Source: Candidatus Colwellbacteria bacterium (GTDB lineage Bacteria; Patescibacteriota; Minisyncoccia; UBA6257; Colwellbacteraceae). Taken from it: a stretch of 64,000 nt of DNA. Position 1 is the first letter of the stretch, and each line of letters opens with the position of its first letter. Below the pieces are notes generated by a model, which saw only the letters and a program-made list of their open reading frames with translations, searched no databases and had not been told where the DNA came from. The DNA is taken from contig JAQTUL010000002.1 in assembly GCA_028710275.1 (NCBI GenBank), positions 12,855 to 76,854 of the forward strand, in the 5' to 3' direction. Below are positions 18,615 to 28,542 of the stretch, in pieces. The position numbers and the translations under genes were made by a program.

Positions 18615-20717
18615 ATGGACTACAAATATCAATCGTATTGTTGGTTCAATAATCTCGATTCGGAATCCAATGAAGAATCTCCTTTATATCAGAGGAAAAA
18701 ATGGTATCTTTTTGAACTCTATATGTGTTACAAAACATGTGTAATACCCTGGCATTTTATTTCCATTGATACTAAGGAAAAATGGAACGTTCACGTAAAA
18801 GACCACGGTATCGATGGGATTACAGAAGATGGAACTATTTCTGTTCAAGCCAAGTATAGAAACAACACAAGTATAACATACACAGAGTTGTGTACATTTT
18901 TTGGGTTAAGTTCTATATTAGATTGTAAACAGAAAATACTGGGGTGTTTGCAGACATCGAAGATATCAAAACAAAATATACAGTACATGGACCGATTTGG
19001 TATGACCAACCAAATCGTCGATGATGGCTGGGAAGATGAAATGAAGAAGTTGAGTGACCAATATGTTATCCCGGAAATAGTTGAGACCACCATCAAATTA
19101 CGTCCTTATCAAATCGAGGCATTGAATGTATGTAAACAAGAGAAGAAATCTATAAAAATTTCTTTTCCATGTGGAGGAGGAAAATCGATAGTGATTATAG
19201 AAGTAGGATTGTGGTGTAAAGAGAACAACCGAAAATGTGTGATATTTGTTCCTGGATTAACGTTGATGAATCAGTTGTATAAAATGTTTAAAACGTATAG
19301 TAAAAAGAAACTAAATATTTTGCGAATCGGTACAGGATTTAATGAAATGGAGAATGAGTATGATATTATTATTTGTGTATACAACAGTTGGAAAAAGGTT
19401 GATGAAATATGTGAGATAAGTGAATCTTGTTGTATCGTTGACGAAGGTCATCATCTAGAAAAGTTTGAAGATGAGAGTGAGGAAGAGAAAAAAGAATCTG
19501 ATGATGATTTTATTACGTTTGAAGATGAAGGAGAATCTGAAAAAGGACATCTTGAAGGAATATCTAGTCTCTCGTTCCAAAAAGAAATACACTTTAGCGC
19601 TACATTTGGTAACTCTAACATCGATTATACATATACATTAGAAGATGCTATTGAACAAGGATATCTATGCGATTACGATATTATTGTACCGGTTGTAGAT
19701 AAAGAGATATCAGTTGACATTCCTAAAGTTCTTGTTGATCTTCTTTATAAAAGACAAGATCTAACTAAAATTTTAGCATACTGTAATAGCAGAGATAGTG
19801 GGAAAAAGTTTACTCAACTTTTAAATGACAATGGAATAAAATCTAAATTTGTAGATGGAACTATGAACATAAAGAAGAGACAAGAGATTATCAATTCGTT
19901 TACAAAAGGAGATATCAGAGTAATTGTGTCTGTTTATGTATTTGGAGAAGGACTAGATATTCCATGCGCTGATACATGTTTATTTGTTGAACCCAGACAT
20001 AGTCGTATAAATATTATCCAATGTATTGGACGAATTATGAGATTACATAAAAATAAAACTATAGGACATGTAATTTTACCAACAGATAGAGAAGACACTT
20101 GTGTAAAATTCTTTAAGATATTAAGAGACTGGGATTCGAGAGTGAAAAGTTCTTTGAAAGAAAAGAGATTAGGACGAATCACATTCGAGAACATAAAAGA
20201 GATTGAAATTGAAACCGGAGACGTCGATTATTACATTGATATTTACAATAGATTTGGAGAGATAAAAGGATGGGATGATAAATACTCGATCTATAGACGA
20301 GCTGTAGTAGAGGTAGGAATTAAATTCGTTTACTCTACCGTATTTGAAGGTGAAAAAATTGGTTCATGGGAAAGTGACCAAAGAAAGATCTACAAAAAAG
20401 AAAAGTTATCTGATGAAAGAAAAGAAAAGTTGGATAAAATTCCCCGATGGAAAGCGTGGAGAGAAAAAGAGGATTTATCTGAGAAGAAAGAGAAGAAAAA
20501 TCTTACTTGGGATGATAAATACGAGATTTATTCACGAGCTGTAGTAGAGGTAGGAAATAAATTCGATCGATCTACCGTATTTGAAGGTGAAAAAATTGGG
20601 AATTGGGAATCTAAACAAAGAATGAACTACAAAACCGAAAAATTGTCCGATGAAAGAAAAGAAAAGTTAGATAAAATTTCCCGATGGAGAGAGTGGAGAG
20701 AAAAGAGTGGGTGTTAA
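18615..20717 (+). CDS. restriction-res-like N-domain plus SF2 DEAD/DEAH helicase with two C-terminal helicase-associated (HA) domains
   Basis: N-terminus res/Mrr-like (ISIDTKEKWNVHVKDHGIDGITEDGTISVQAKYR). Motif I FPCGGGKS, motif II IVDEGHH. Two 79 aa repeats (YSIYRRAVVEVG.KF..STVFEGEKIG.WES.QR..YK.EKLSDERKEKLDKI.RW) match the HA domain pattern. Confidence 0.7.
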   Translation: MDYKYQSYCWFNNLDSESNEESPLYQRKKWYLFELYMCYKTCVIPWHFISIDTKEKWNVHVKDHGIDGITEDGTISVQAKYRNNTSITYTELCTFFGLSSILDCKQKILGCLQTSKISKQNIQYMDRFGMTNQIVDDGWEDEMKKLSDQYVIPEIVETTIKLRPYQIEALNVCKQEKKSIKISFPCGGGKSIVIIEVGLWCKENNRKCVIFVPGLTLMNQLYKMFKTYSKKKLNILRIGTGFNEMENEYDIIICVYNSWKKVDEICEISESCCIVDEGHHLEKFEDESEEEKKESDDDFITFEDEGESEKGHLEGISSLSFQKEIHFSATFGNSNIDYTYTLEDAIEQGYLCDYDIIVPVVDKEISVDIPKVLVDLLYKRQDLTKILAYCNSRDSGKKFTQLLNDNGIKSKFVDGTMNIKKRQEIINSFTKGDIRVIVSVYVFGEGLDIPCADTCLFVEPRHSRINIIQCIGRIMRLHKNKTIGHVILPTDREDTCVKFFKILRDWDSRVKSSLKEKRLGRITFENIKEIEIETGDVDYYIDIYNRFGEIKGWDDKYSIYRRAVVEVGIKFVYSTVFEGEKIGSWESDQRKIYKKEKLSDERKEKLDKIPRWKAWREKEDLSEKKEKKNLTWDDKYEIYSRAVVEVGNKFDRSTVFEGEKIGNWESKQRMNYKTEKLSDERKEKLDKISRWREWREKSGC
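20271..20700 (+). repeat. 237 bp in-frame tandem duplication encoding the two HA domains of helicase 18615-20717
   Basis: tgggatgataaatac...gctgtagtagaggtaggaa.taaattcg...ctaccgtatttgaaggtgaaaaaattgg at 20271 and 20508. Confidence 0.8.
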
Positions 20718-20974
20718 GAGTTATGAAAATAATTATTTTAAAGTGATCACAGTCGATATTAAAGGACTTAATAAATTTAAGGTAATCGATCTTAAAAATA
20801 GCGTTCGACAATAAATCTGTCTGATGTAAAGCAGGTGAAAGCAATATTAAACGTCTCTTGTACCATTCAGAATTAAATATTAACCTCTGATCATATTTAA
20901 ACACCAAGAAGTGATAATTGAGAATGATAAAATTATTGGTTTAATAAATTTTATTTGGATATTGATAATTGATA

Positions 20975-22561
20975 ATGGATAATTCCTCCTCATCAGGATC
21001 CGATTCGCTAGTCGACATAAGTCTGATTGAATCCAACATAAATGAAGCTGAAGTTGATAGAGAGAGATTGAGTGTGAAATTGTGGGTAAGAAAATACGGA
21101 TGTAAACTGGATCAATATATGTCCGCAATAAAAGTTCTGAAAAATAAAGGGTCAGCGTCGGATTCAATTATTATGTTTGGAAATTTAACCGTTAAGAAGC
21201 AGGTTATAAGTGTGGTATTCAAAATGGTATTCAAACCTAAAAATAAATTAAATAACTCTCTTTTAGTTGAACAACAGATATACGAGAACGTTATTTCAAA
21301 TCTGATCAATAATTATCATACACCCCACATAGTTAATTACATAGGAACAGTTAATTCTTGTGTCACAGATACATTTACGGAGGATCTCTCTCTTGCTGAA
21401 AGTAAAAATTTCGAGGAGGCTAAAAGTAAAATTCGAATGTCGGGATTTGACTCTTCAGTGTTGGATATAATGATCTTAGAGAAATCATCGGGATACACTC
21501 TTAATCAATGTGTAGATGAAGAGGTGTTATCGACTCTTGATAAATTTAAAGTTCTCTTTCAAATTCTGTATACACTACTATGTTTCGAACGAATAAAATT
21601 AACACATAACGATCTTCATTTTAACAATATATTTATTGATAAATTAGATAAACCGATAGAGAGAATATATTATCTTGATAGTACACGATGGGTGAAATTT
21701 ACAACATCATACGATGCAAAAATATATGACTTCGATAGAGGAGCAATCTATCATCCGGCCGTAGATAGAAACCTTACTATTGATAAACAATATTGTGAGG
21801 CATATGAAACATGTAATAGTTTCGACCCTAAGAGAGATTTAGGATCAGTAATCGCAGGATATCTATTGAACGAACTTAATCCTGAATTTATGGAATTTCT
21901 ATTCCCCCTTACGAGTCAGAAATTCCGAGATGATATAGCGAACCGAGACTATTTTCAACTTAACTCGTCACACAGCAGATATACAGATGAGGATCTGAAA
22001 CCGACAGCAGAGTATTTAAATCTCGTCGTAGCTAAAATAAGTGACGCCGTCACAGGAGAGGGTAAAAATAACGGAAATATCTACACTCTTCCGGAAAAGA
22101 GAAACCACACATTTTGGTACCCAAGTACATCACAAACTCATAAAAATTCAAAAGTGGATATGAGTGACGAATCGGTGAACAATTACGATAAAGAGTATAT
22201 CAATGATGTATTTATTGACGCCAGAGATATTTTAAATCTAAAACTATACAATAAGGAACTGACCGCCATTTATGAAGAACATAAACAACCATCATATCAC
22301 CAGACGTGTAAATTACTGTTCACCGAGTTTCTCAGAAAGAAAAACGTCCACAATAAATATCATGAAACGTATATGTTAGCGTGTTTTATATTGTGTTTAC
22401 CGTTTACATATAAATTCACGTCTGACGAAATGGTTTATTTTATCAATGATTGGTTACCCCGAAATCGAGATCCTACTTTCGGAAGTAAGTTGTCGATGTT
22501 TATTTCTGATGTATGGAATACGTTTGATAACTTACTTCCGGTTAAAATGGTTAGAATGTAA
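20975..22561 (+). CDS. protein kinase-like (atypical Ser/Thr kinase)
   Basis: The track start 20969 is TTG and the ATG is at 20975. Catalytic-loop-like LTHNDLHFNNIFI (HxDxxxxN) and DFG-like KIYDFDRGA. Confidence 0.55.
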   Translation: MDNSSSSGSDSLVDISLIESNINEAEVDRERLSVKLWVRKYGCKLDQYMSAIKVLKNKGSASDSIIMFGNLTVKKQVISVVFKMVFKPKNKLNNSLLVEQQIYENVISNLINNYHTPHIVNYIGTVNSCVTDTFTEDLSLAESKNFEEAKSKIRMSGFDSSVLDIMILEKSSGYTLNQCVDEEVLSTLDKFKVLFQILYTLLCFERIKLTHNDLHFNNIFIDKLDKPIERIYYLDSTRWVKFTTSYDAKIYDFDRGAIYHPAVDRNLTIDKQYCEAYETCNSFDPKRDLGSVIAGYLLNELNPEFMEFLFPLTSQKFRDDIANRDYFQLNSSHSRYTDEDLKPTAEYLNLVVAKISDAVTGEGKNNGNIYTLPEKRNHTFWYPSTSQTHKNSKVDMSDESVNNYDKEYINDVFIDARDILNLKLYNKELTAIYEEHKQPSYHQTCKLLFTEFLRKKNVHNKYHETYMLACFILCLPFTYKFTSDEMVYFINDWLPRNRDPTFGSKLSMFISDVWNTFDNLLPVKMVRM

Positions 22562-22602
22562 TTTCTTTTTACTCTATTTTGATGTAAAAGATCACTAATA
22601 TA

Positions 22603-22630
22603 TTTACAATTAATAACTGTTAATTGTAAA
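22603..22630. terminator. hairpin TTTACAATTAA-taactg-TTAATTGTAAA abutting the ATG at 22630
   Basis: Perfect 11 bp arms. Confidence 0.45.
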
Positions 22631-23517
22631 TGAGTCGTTTGAATTGGCGAAGTAACCCTCCAAAAAAACAGATCGATGAGCAATGCGCTGTTCGTATCAT
22701 TCCATATGTAATTGAAAAAGATGGAACTATTTCTCTTTTTCTGGGGTTGGATAAGAGGTTTAAAGAATGGACCCCGGCGGGAGGGGCATGTAACGAACAG
22801 AAAGGTTCATGTTCGAGACGAGATACGTCATCGTTAAAAACATGTCTCGCTCGAGAGTTGTCTGAGGAATCGAAAGAGATTATCGATCTCGACCAGACGG
22901 TTGATTTTGTAAATTGTAGGTTCATTCATTACGTTGTAAAACTTTCATGGGCTAATATGCATAACAATATCTATTTTGCTCAATGGACAGGTGATAATAA
23001 AGAATCGATCATCAGTTATTTCAATGATGCTGAACGTGATAAATCTCTGCGTGAGAGACTTCAATCCGAAGGTAAAACCCCAAAAATAGTAAATTCATAT
23101 TTTGAAATGGATTCGATAGATTTTATTCCTGTTACATACGAAGTGTTTGGGGAATACATCTACAACAGTATTCAGGATTTCTACAAATTAGAGGAGACCT
23201 ACAAAAAAGATAAGGCGTTTTATGCGCAGATATCAGATACATTTTCCGCGATGTTTAAACATTATCCCAAGAAGGATAATGGTAATACGAACGGACGTCG
23301 TCTCGATCCTCGGTTTCTCTTAGGAATGGTCGAGGCAATATCAGATTATCTATCCAATGAGTTCAAATACAAGCATGTTGATGATATCGTTGATGATATA
23401 ATTAGATATATCAAGGGTATTAAAAATGGATGTTCTCTTAATAGTGATAGTATCAGGTTACCATCGAAAAGTGATTCTTCTAAAAAGGTATCGGAAGATG
23501 ATACACCGTTAGTCTAA
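22630..23517 (+). CDS. hypothetical protein (possible degenerate Nudix-like region)
   Basis: 295 aa. ATG verified. GGACNEQ...LARELSEESKEI only loosely resembles a Nudix box. Confidence 0.4.
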   Translation: MSRLNWRSNPPKKQIDEQCAVRIIPYVIEKDGTISLFLGLDKRFKEWTPAGGACNEQKGSCSRRDTSSLKTCLARELSEESKEIIDLDQTVDFVNCRFIHYVVKLSWANMHNNIYFAQWTGDNKESIISYFNDAERDKSLRERLQSEGKTPKIVNSYFEMDSIDFIPVTYEVFGEYIYNSIQDFYKLEETYKKDKAFYAQISDTFSAMFKHYPKKDNGNTNGRRLDPRFLLGMVEAISDYLSNEFKYKHVDDIVDDIIRYIKGIKNGCSLNSDSIRLPSKSDSSKKVSEDDTPLV

Positions 23518-23518
23518 C

Positions 23519-24148
23519 ATGTCTACTCCACCAGAAGCTATTAGACAAGTTTCTTACCTAGAGGGTAAAACTATTTTTCAAGGAGAAAAGATCTCTCTAT
23601 CATTCTGTTTCCATACAGGGTTGTGGATTGTTAAAGTTGTGAAAGGGGAGAGGAATTTTGAGATTATCTTTGAGTCTGTAAAGGAGTTTAAATCGGCTAT
23701 CGAAAAATGCAAAGAGCTTCTTTTCGAAATCGGATCTTTCAACGAAACTGAGGGACTATCAGTCAGACAAACAAGATTGGATCTATGGAAAAATAAGTGG
23801 AAAGAGATGGTTGAAGACGGTTGGAGTTTTATCGACAATCCCGATTTCAAGGAAGAGGAGTCTTATACTACAGATGAGTTTATGACTGTTCTCGGGCGAT
23901 TGATGGATGATCTCTCATTCAGTTGTGAACTCTGTGTTTCAACAATCGGAGGGTTTAGAGATTTCTTTCATTGTGAAAAATGTCTTCTCGAAGGAGGGGG
24001 ATTTGTTGTGTGTCGTACATGTATGGAGGAGAATGAGGATGGATACAAAGAGCATCAAGATGATTTCCCTGGACACAATATGGAGAGTCCAGACAAAGGA
24101 AATATTCTAGCACTTTATATCTCTTTGGCAAAAGAGTGTATCGAATAA
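23519..24148 (+). CDS. hypothetical protein with C-terminal Cys/His zinc-finger-like cluster
   Basis: 209 aa. ATG verified. C-terminus CELC..CEKC...CRTC. Confidence 0.45.
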   Translation: MSTPPEAIRQVSYLEGKTIFQGEKISLSFCFHTGLWIVKVVKGERNFEIIFESVKEFKSAIEKCKELLFEIGSFNETEGLSVRQTRLDLWKNKWKEMVEDGWSFIDNPDFKEEESYTTDEFMTVLGRLMDDLSFSCELCVSTIGGFRDFFHCEKCLLEGGGFVVCRTCMEENEDGYKEHQDDFPGHNMESPDKGNILALYISLAKECIE

Positions 24149-24150
24149 AA

Positions 24151-25194
24151 ATGATTTTATTCTTTTCGGATTGGAGACTATTACTTTCCACCATGGCAGC
24201 TCCTTACGTTGTTCCCATTATCTTTGAGGATTCGGATGAAGAAGAGATCAAACTTTCGACCGTGACGGTGTGTCCATACATATTCGTCAAGGGAGTGAGA
24301 AAGGGAGAGACGTGTGGGAAGAAGTGTAAGGAAAAGTACTGTAGTGTACACAAGGAGAGAAAAGGTATCGTGAAAAGTTGGAACAAGCGGGATACGATCC
24401 CACCGGAGCTTTTGAAAAAGAGTATGGTGTACGATAATGCAGTTGAAGAGATGAAGGAAGGAGTGTACGATAATGAGAGTGAAGAGCTTAACGAAGATGG
24501 GTTGACCGCGAGACAACAAAGCGCACTTGATTACGCTATGTGTCTAGAGAAGAAGATTCCATCCCCACCATCAACTGATGCGATCTGTCTCGCGAACTTC
24601 ATACAGTTCATCTGTCCGATCAGTATCAACTTTCCATCGGCGATTCTTCATAAGCTTGTCAACGACACACACGTGAGAAACGGGTTTGAGACAAAAAGAG
24701 GATTGGACAAAACAATTCGTCCAACATGGGAGAGTAAACTATTCAATACATATTACGATAAGTCTGTTCCTTTCGAGCGACCAAAGTATGGAGCGATCAA
24801 AACAAATCCTCTCAGTATGGTGAGCAACAATTCTACTATGGGATATGGTGATGCAGTGTTCATTCTGAAAGACGAGGTGAAGAGGAGATGCACAATGACT
24901 CCCGGAGACAGTTCGATTTTTGCAGCTGATAATGTATACACATTCGATCAGATTCAGGAGATGCTGATGAAACATCCTCATGTAAGGAATCACATCATGA
25001 CTTGTTATCAAGCGTACGAACGAGAGGATCACGCAGGATCAAAAGAATTTGCATCATACATTGAAGTCCAAATTCATGGTCAACTCCTATTCTCAAGTAT
25101 CGCTAAACTTGTGATCTTATCAAAGGATGAGGGACTACGGATGATCGCGACTAGATTCGGAGAGAAGAATAAGTGTGAGGTTGTTTTCCTGTAG
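24151..25194 (+). CDS. hypothetical protein with N-terminal Cys cluster; carries an in-frame copy of the dispersed repeat
   Basis: The track start 24136 is GTG. In-frame ATGs are at 24151 and 24193. CPYIFVKGVRKGETCGKKCKEKYCSVH. The repeat copy 24371-24419 encodes KSWNKRDTIPPELLKK. Confidence 0.45.
   Translation: MILFFSDWRLLLSTMAAPYVVPIIFEDSDEEEIKLSTVTVCPYIFVKGVRKGETCGKKCKEKYCSVHKERKGIVKSWNKRDTIPPELLKKSMVYDNAVEEMKEGVYDNESEELNEDGLTARQQSALDYAMCLEKKIPSPPSTDAICLANFIQFICPISINFPSAILHKLVNDTHVRNGFETKRGLDKTIRPTWESKLFNTYYDKSVPFERPKYGAIKTNPLSMVSNNSTMGYGDAVFILKDEVKRRCTMTPGDSSIFAADNVYTFDQIQEMLMKHPHVRNHIMTCYQAYEREDHAGSKEFASYIEVQIHGQLLFSSIAKLVILSKDEGLRMIATRFGEKNKCEVVFL
24371..24419. repeat. dispersed repeat copy (+ orientation) embedded in frame in CDS 24151-25194
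   Basis: tgaaaagttggaacaagcgggatacgatcccaccggagcttttgaaaa. Confidence 0.85.
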
Positions 25195-25563
25195 ATTTCA
25201 TGTCACTATTAACAGAATAATATATTCCTTTGAATGAATATATTAATCACAATGAAGTTCTTTATACAGAACAGAAACTGTATCTGTAGCGGCTGTCGGC
25301 CAGAAATATGGAAGGATTCCATGTATCGTTGTTTTCACACTACAGATAATCATTCTTGTAGATATTGAGAATGCTCTCTTCATATGATCAAAATAGCTTA
25401 TGTTATTCTCTGTGAGATGAGAGAAAAATCTTGAATTAATCGCGTCGATTCGTTGGGCCATTCTTTCTTATACTTTCAATTATTTAAAACGACAACGATG
25501 AAAAAGTGAGATCCCGAATAATATTGTAGTTGAAATCACTACACTTTACCAACCACCAACACT

Positions 25564-27432
25564 ATGGCTAACGCGACTTCTATGACCACCGTCACTCTCA
25601 ATTTGACCCCGGAACAGTCCCTTTTTCACGGGTCACCAACTCTATTCGAAGCTCCGTATCTTCCTCGTAACATCGAGAACAGATTTTCATGTGAGACTAA
25701 GTTTCCACTCTATTACGCGACAAAGAGTTGTTCTACTATCTCTCCTGGAGAGGGATACTTGTACGAGTATAAGATCTCAGAGTGGGCAAAAAAAGAACAT
25801 GGAGGAATTCCTAATTTCCTTCATCTTCAGGGAAATATTCATGAATCGATGAAACATTATATCGACATGATGCTTCAAGAACCTGAAATTCATCATTTTA
25901 CCGATGACGAGATTCGTCGGAATATGCCATACGGATTTATGTCATCTCGAGTTAATTCTTCACAGAACGATTTGGAACTTGCATGTGTCTGTCGCACAAA
26001 ATACAATGGTATTTATGTACCAGGATATGAGAATCAACTACTGATCTGTGGTAGAGGACGCCCTCAGTGGTTGGAGATTCACAACATCTTCAAAGTCGTA
26101 AAGGGAAAGGATGGAAAGATTACGTCGACGTTATTTCAAACTTTCCCTGATTTTTTCTCGGAGCCAGCGAAAAGAAGTGGAACTCCGGTTCCGTCAGAGA
26201 ATAGATCTTGTAACCTTTACGAGGGAGACAAGCTGTCGTTGGAAGAGATTTTTGGAGAGGATATCTTTAAGAATGATAAAATCGAGACTGATAGCAGTAG
26301 CGGGTATAATTCATCCATTGGAGATATCGATCATATGTTCAACAGTCCATATAACTCACCGACTCGAAAGAATGAAGAAAGAAAAGAGGGAGAACCTGAG
26401 ATTCCAGTTGATGTGTGGGAGCAGATTTGTACTCGTACTGTAGTGGAGAAGACTACGGTCATCAATGGTAAGAAGGTTCGGATTGATGTTGACGGCGCGA
26501 CACCTCGGCTTCCTAAACCTATCCGTATTTCAGACACACTCACAAAGGGAAGTGTGTTTAAACAGTCCACTCTGAAGACTGGCAAGTCTATCGAACAGAA
26601 GCATGAAGAACTCTCTGAAAAGAAGGGTGTATGGTCAGGAAAATCTTACGGAACAGATTCGTGGGATACTGGATCGTGGCATAACGGAGGTGATTGGCGT
26701 GATACTGGATCGTGGGGTAACGGAGGTGATTGGCATAACGGAGGATGGAAGACGAAGTGGAATGATAAGAATGTTGATAAATTCGATGAAGAGGTTAATA
26801 CGGGAGTAGATCCAATCATTAAGTTCTATCGAAATGAAGCTGTCAATAAGGCAAAGAGACGTCTTTCTACAATTTGGAACTGGAGTGATGAGAAGCTAGA
26901 GAGTCAACATGATTTTATCCAGTGGATATTTCCTCTGATTGAGAAGAGTCGTTTCAACTATGATGCTCCTGTCCTTACCAAGCGTTCAATTGAGATTCTC
27001 AGAACAGATAGAGAGATTCAAGAAAACATTAAAGTCTCATTCGATAAGATGTTCGCATTCTATGGTTGGAAGGTTAATGAAACTCTTGATGGAGTTGAGA
27101 GAATGACTATCGAGGTCGAGAAGGATGGTGAAGTTGAGAAGAAGCTTAAGCCGATGGAGTGGCTTCGCCATTCTCACAACTTTGATCGTATCACACGTAT
27201 CATGACGTCGTTGAAACTTTTGGGTCGTACTGACCTGTCTGAGCTTTTCTTCATGGCGTTGTGTCGTACAGCAAAGGGCCCCAACGCTCGAAAGATTATC
27301 GCTTCTTCATTCATCGAGTACTGGCTTCCCACACAAGAACATTTTCTTCCTACCAATGTCCTCGAGGCCTACTGTACCGACATCACCGATCGACGAAAGA
27401 AAAGTAATCGAATCGACTCCTTTGTCTCTTAA
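25564..27432 (+). CDS. hypothetical protein with W/G-rich tandem peptide repeats
   Basis: 622 aa. ATG verified. The repeats DSWDTGSWHNGGDWRDTGSWGNGGDWHNGGW correspond to a tandem DNA repeat near 26640-26750. Confidence 0.5.
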   Translation: MANATSMTTVTLNLTPEQSLFHGSPTLFEAPYLPRNIENRFSCETKFPLYYATKSCSTISPGEGYLYEYKISEWAKKEHGGIPNFLHLQGNIHESMKHYIDMMLQEPEIHHFTDDEIRRNMPYGFMSSRVNSSQNDLELACVCRTKYNGIYVPGYENQLLICGRGRPQWLEIHNIFKVVKGKDGKITSTLFQTFPDFFSEPAKRSGTPVPSENRSCNLYEGDKLSLEEIFGEDIFKNDKIETDSSSGYNSSIGDIDHMFNSPYNSPTRKNEERKEGEPEIPVDVWEQICTRTVVEKTTVINGKKVRIDVDGATPRLPKPIRISDTLTKGSVFKQSTLKTGKSIEQKHEELSEKKGVWSGKSYGTDSWDTGSWHNGGDWRDTGSWGNGGDWHNGGWKTKWNDKNVDKFDEEVNTGVDPIIKFYRNEAVNKAKRRLSTIWNWSDEKLESQHDFIQWIFPLIEKSRFNYDAPVLTKRSIEILRTDREIQENIKVSFDKMFAFYGWKVNETLDGVERMTIEVEKDGEVEKKLKPMEWLRHSHNFDRITRIMTSLKLLGRTDLSELFFMALCRTAKGPNARKIIASSFIEYWLPTQEHFLPTNVLEAYCTDITDRRKKSNRIDSFVS

Positions 27433-27486
27433 AGAAGATGAAGGAAAATTGAGATATCATTTTGAATATAATATCTCAATTACACA

Positions 27487-27681
27487 ATGATTACTAATCC
27501 CTTTCAGAAGATGATAGATCTCGAATCTCAAATATTAAAAGAGACTGCGATATTAGAGAAGATACGAGAGAAATTTTCTACATCCGTCCGTCATGTGACT
27601 CTTAACAAATATATCTATCTCTCATTATTCACCGGGTGCGTCTTTCTTTCATCTCTACTTCTTGTTGTTGTTCTCGTTTGA
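27487..27681 (+). CDS. possible small tail-anchored membrane protein
   Basis: 64 aa with a C-terminal hydrophobic helix. It lies in a repeat-rich spacer, so it is uncertain. Confidence 0.25.
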   Translation: MITNPFQKMIDLESQILKETAILEKIREKFSTSVRHVTLNKYIYLSLFTGCVFLSSLLLVVVLV

Positions 27682-27808
27682 AAAGTTGGAACAAGTGGGA
27701 TCGTATCCCACCGGAGCTTTTGAAAAGTTGGAACAAGTGGGATCGTATCCCACCGGAGCTTTTGAAAAGTTGGAACAAGTGAGGTCGTATCCCACCGGAG
27801 CTTTTGAA
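27676..27808. repeat. 3x tandem array of 42 bp unit TTTTGAAAAGTTGGAACAAGTGGGATCGTATCCCACCGGAGC (dispersed repeat family, + orientation)
   Basis: Three head-to-tail copies with one variant (gtgaggtcg). The unit carries the imperfect palindrome GTGGGATCGTATCCCAC. Minus-strand ORF 27615-27812 is a reading-frame artefact of this array. Confidence 0.9.
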
Positions 27809-27979
27809 ACAATTGATTATTGAAAAATTTGAGAATTGTAGATCAACATTATGGACACTCTCTTCTCAAATTTTTCAATAATTCCATCTAGATTGATAAC
27901 TCACTATTTAGTAAGTGATGATATCTCAAAAGTGTGCTTAAAAGTTGAAGCACATATCTCTGTGGCTCAGAGAGAGATC

Positions 27980-28040
27980 TTTGAAAAGTTGGAACAAGTG
28001 GTATACAATCCCACCGGAGCTTTTGAAAAGTTGGAACCGC
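27980..28040. repeat. dispersed repeat copy (+ orientation) inside small ORF 27851-28147
   Basis: ctttgaaaagttggaacaagtggtatacaatcccaccggagcttttgaaaagttggaacc. Confidence 0.85.
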
Positions 28041-28135
28041 TTGACTCAGTTAAAATAAAAAGTCTCAGACAAAAGATAAAATCTTTTGTAGGAATGAGGG
28101 AACTGGTTATGGATCAGGCTCTTATAGACGCTGAG

Positions 28136-28471
28136 TTATCCGTTTAATTTAGCATCGTTTAGATCTCGAACCGTAAGTGATTGAATCTTATAGAGAATCG
28201 TGAGAAATAGAATCATAACCATAACAATTGGTATGAGAATAACTGCCCATGCGATCTTCTCGTGCTTATACTTACAAAGAAAATAGATTACTGTTATAAG
28301 AACTATACCACTAATCACACCACACACATTAGATTTGATTCTGATGGATTTAGTTGTTTCATCCATACAATTACTTACGGCGGTTTTGTGACGGAGTAGG
28401 TCGAATAGATTTATGATTATCATTCCTGAATATAGAACTAGACCAATCAAAAACGGCAAACATGTGTGCAT
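28136..28471 (-). CDS. small multi-pass membrane protein
   Basis: 111 aa. ATG verified. Three hydrophobic helices. Confidence 0.4.
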   Translation of the reverse strand: MHTCLPFLIGLVLYSGMIIINLFDLLRHKTAVSNCMDETTKSIRIKSNVCGVISGIVLITVIYFLCKYKHEKIAWAVILIPIVMVMILFLTILYKIQSLTVRDLNDAKLNG

Positions 28472-28542
28472 TTGTCTTTATTTATTGTAAAGATATTGTA
28501 AAAATGATTTGTTTATAATTTAGAGTAGTCATTATTACTCAC

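Noticed and set aside
27676-27808. Possible CRISPR array
   Set aside because: Only three directly abutting repeat units with no spacers and no cas genes. The unit belongs to a dispersed family found inside ORFs.
27615-27812. Minus-strand ORF encoding FQKLRWDTIPLVPT repeats
   Set aside because: Produced by reading the 42 bp tandem repeat array. Not independent evidence of a gene.
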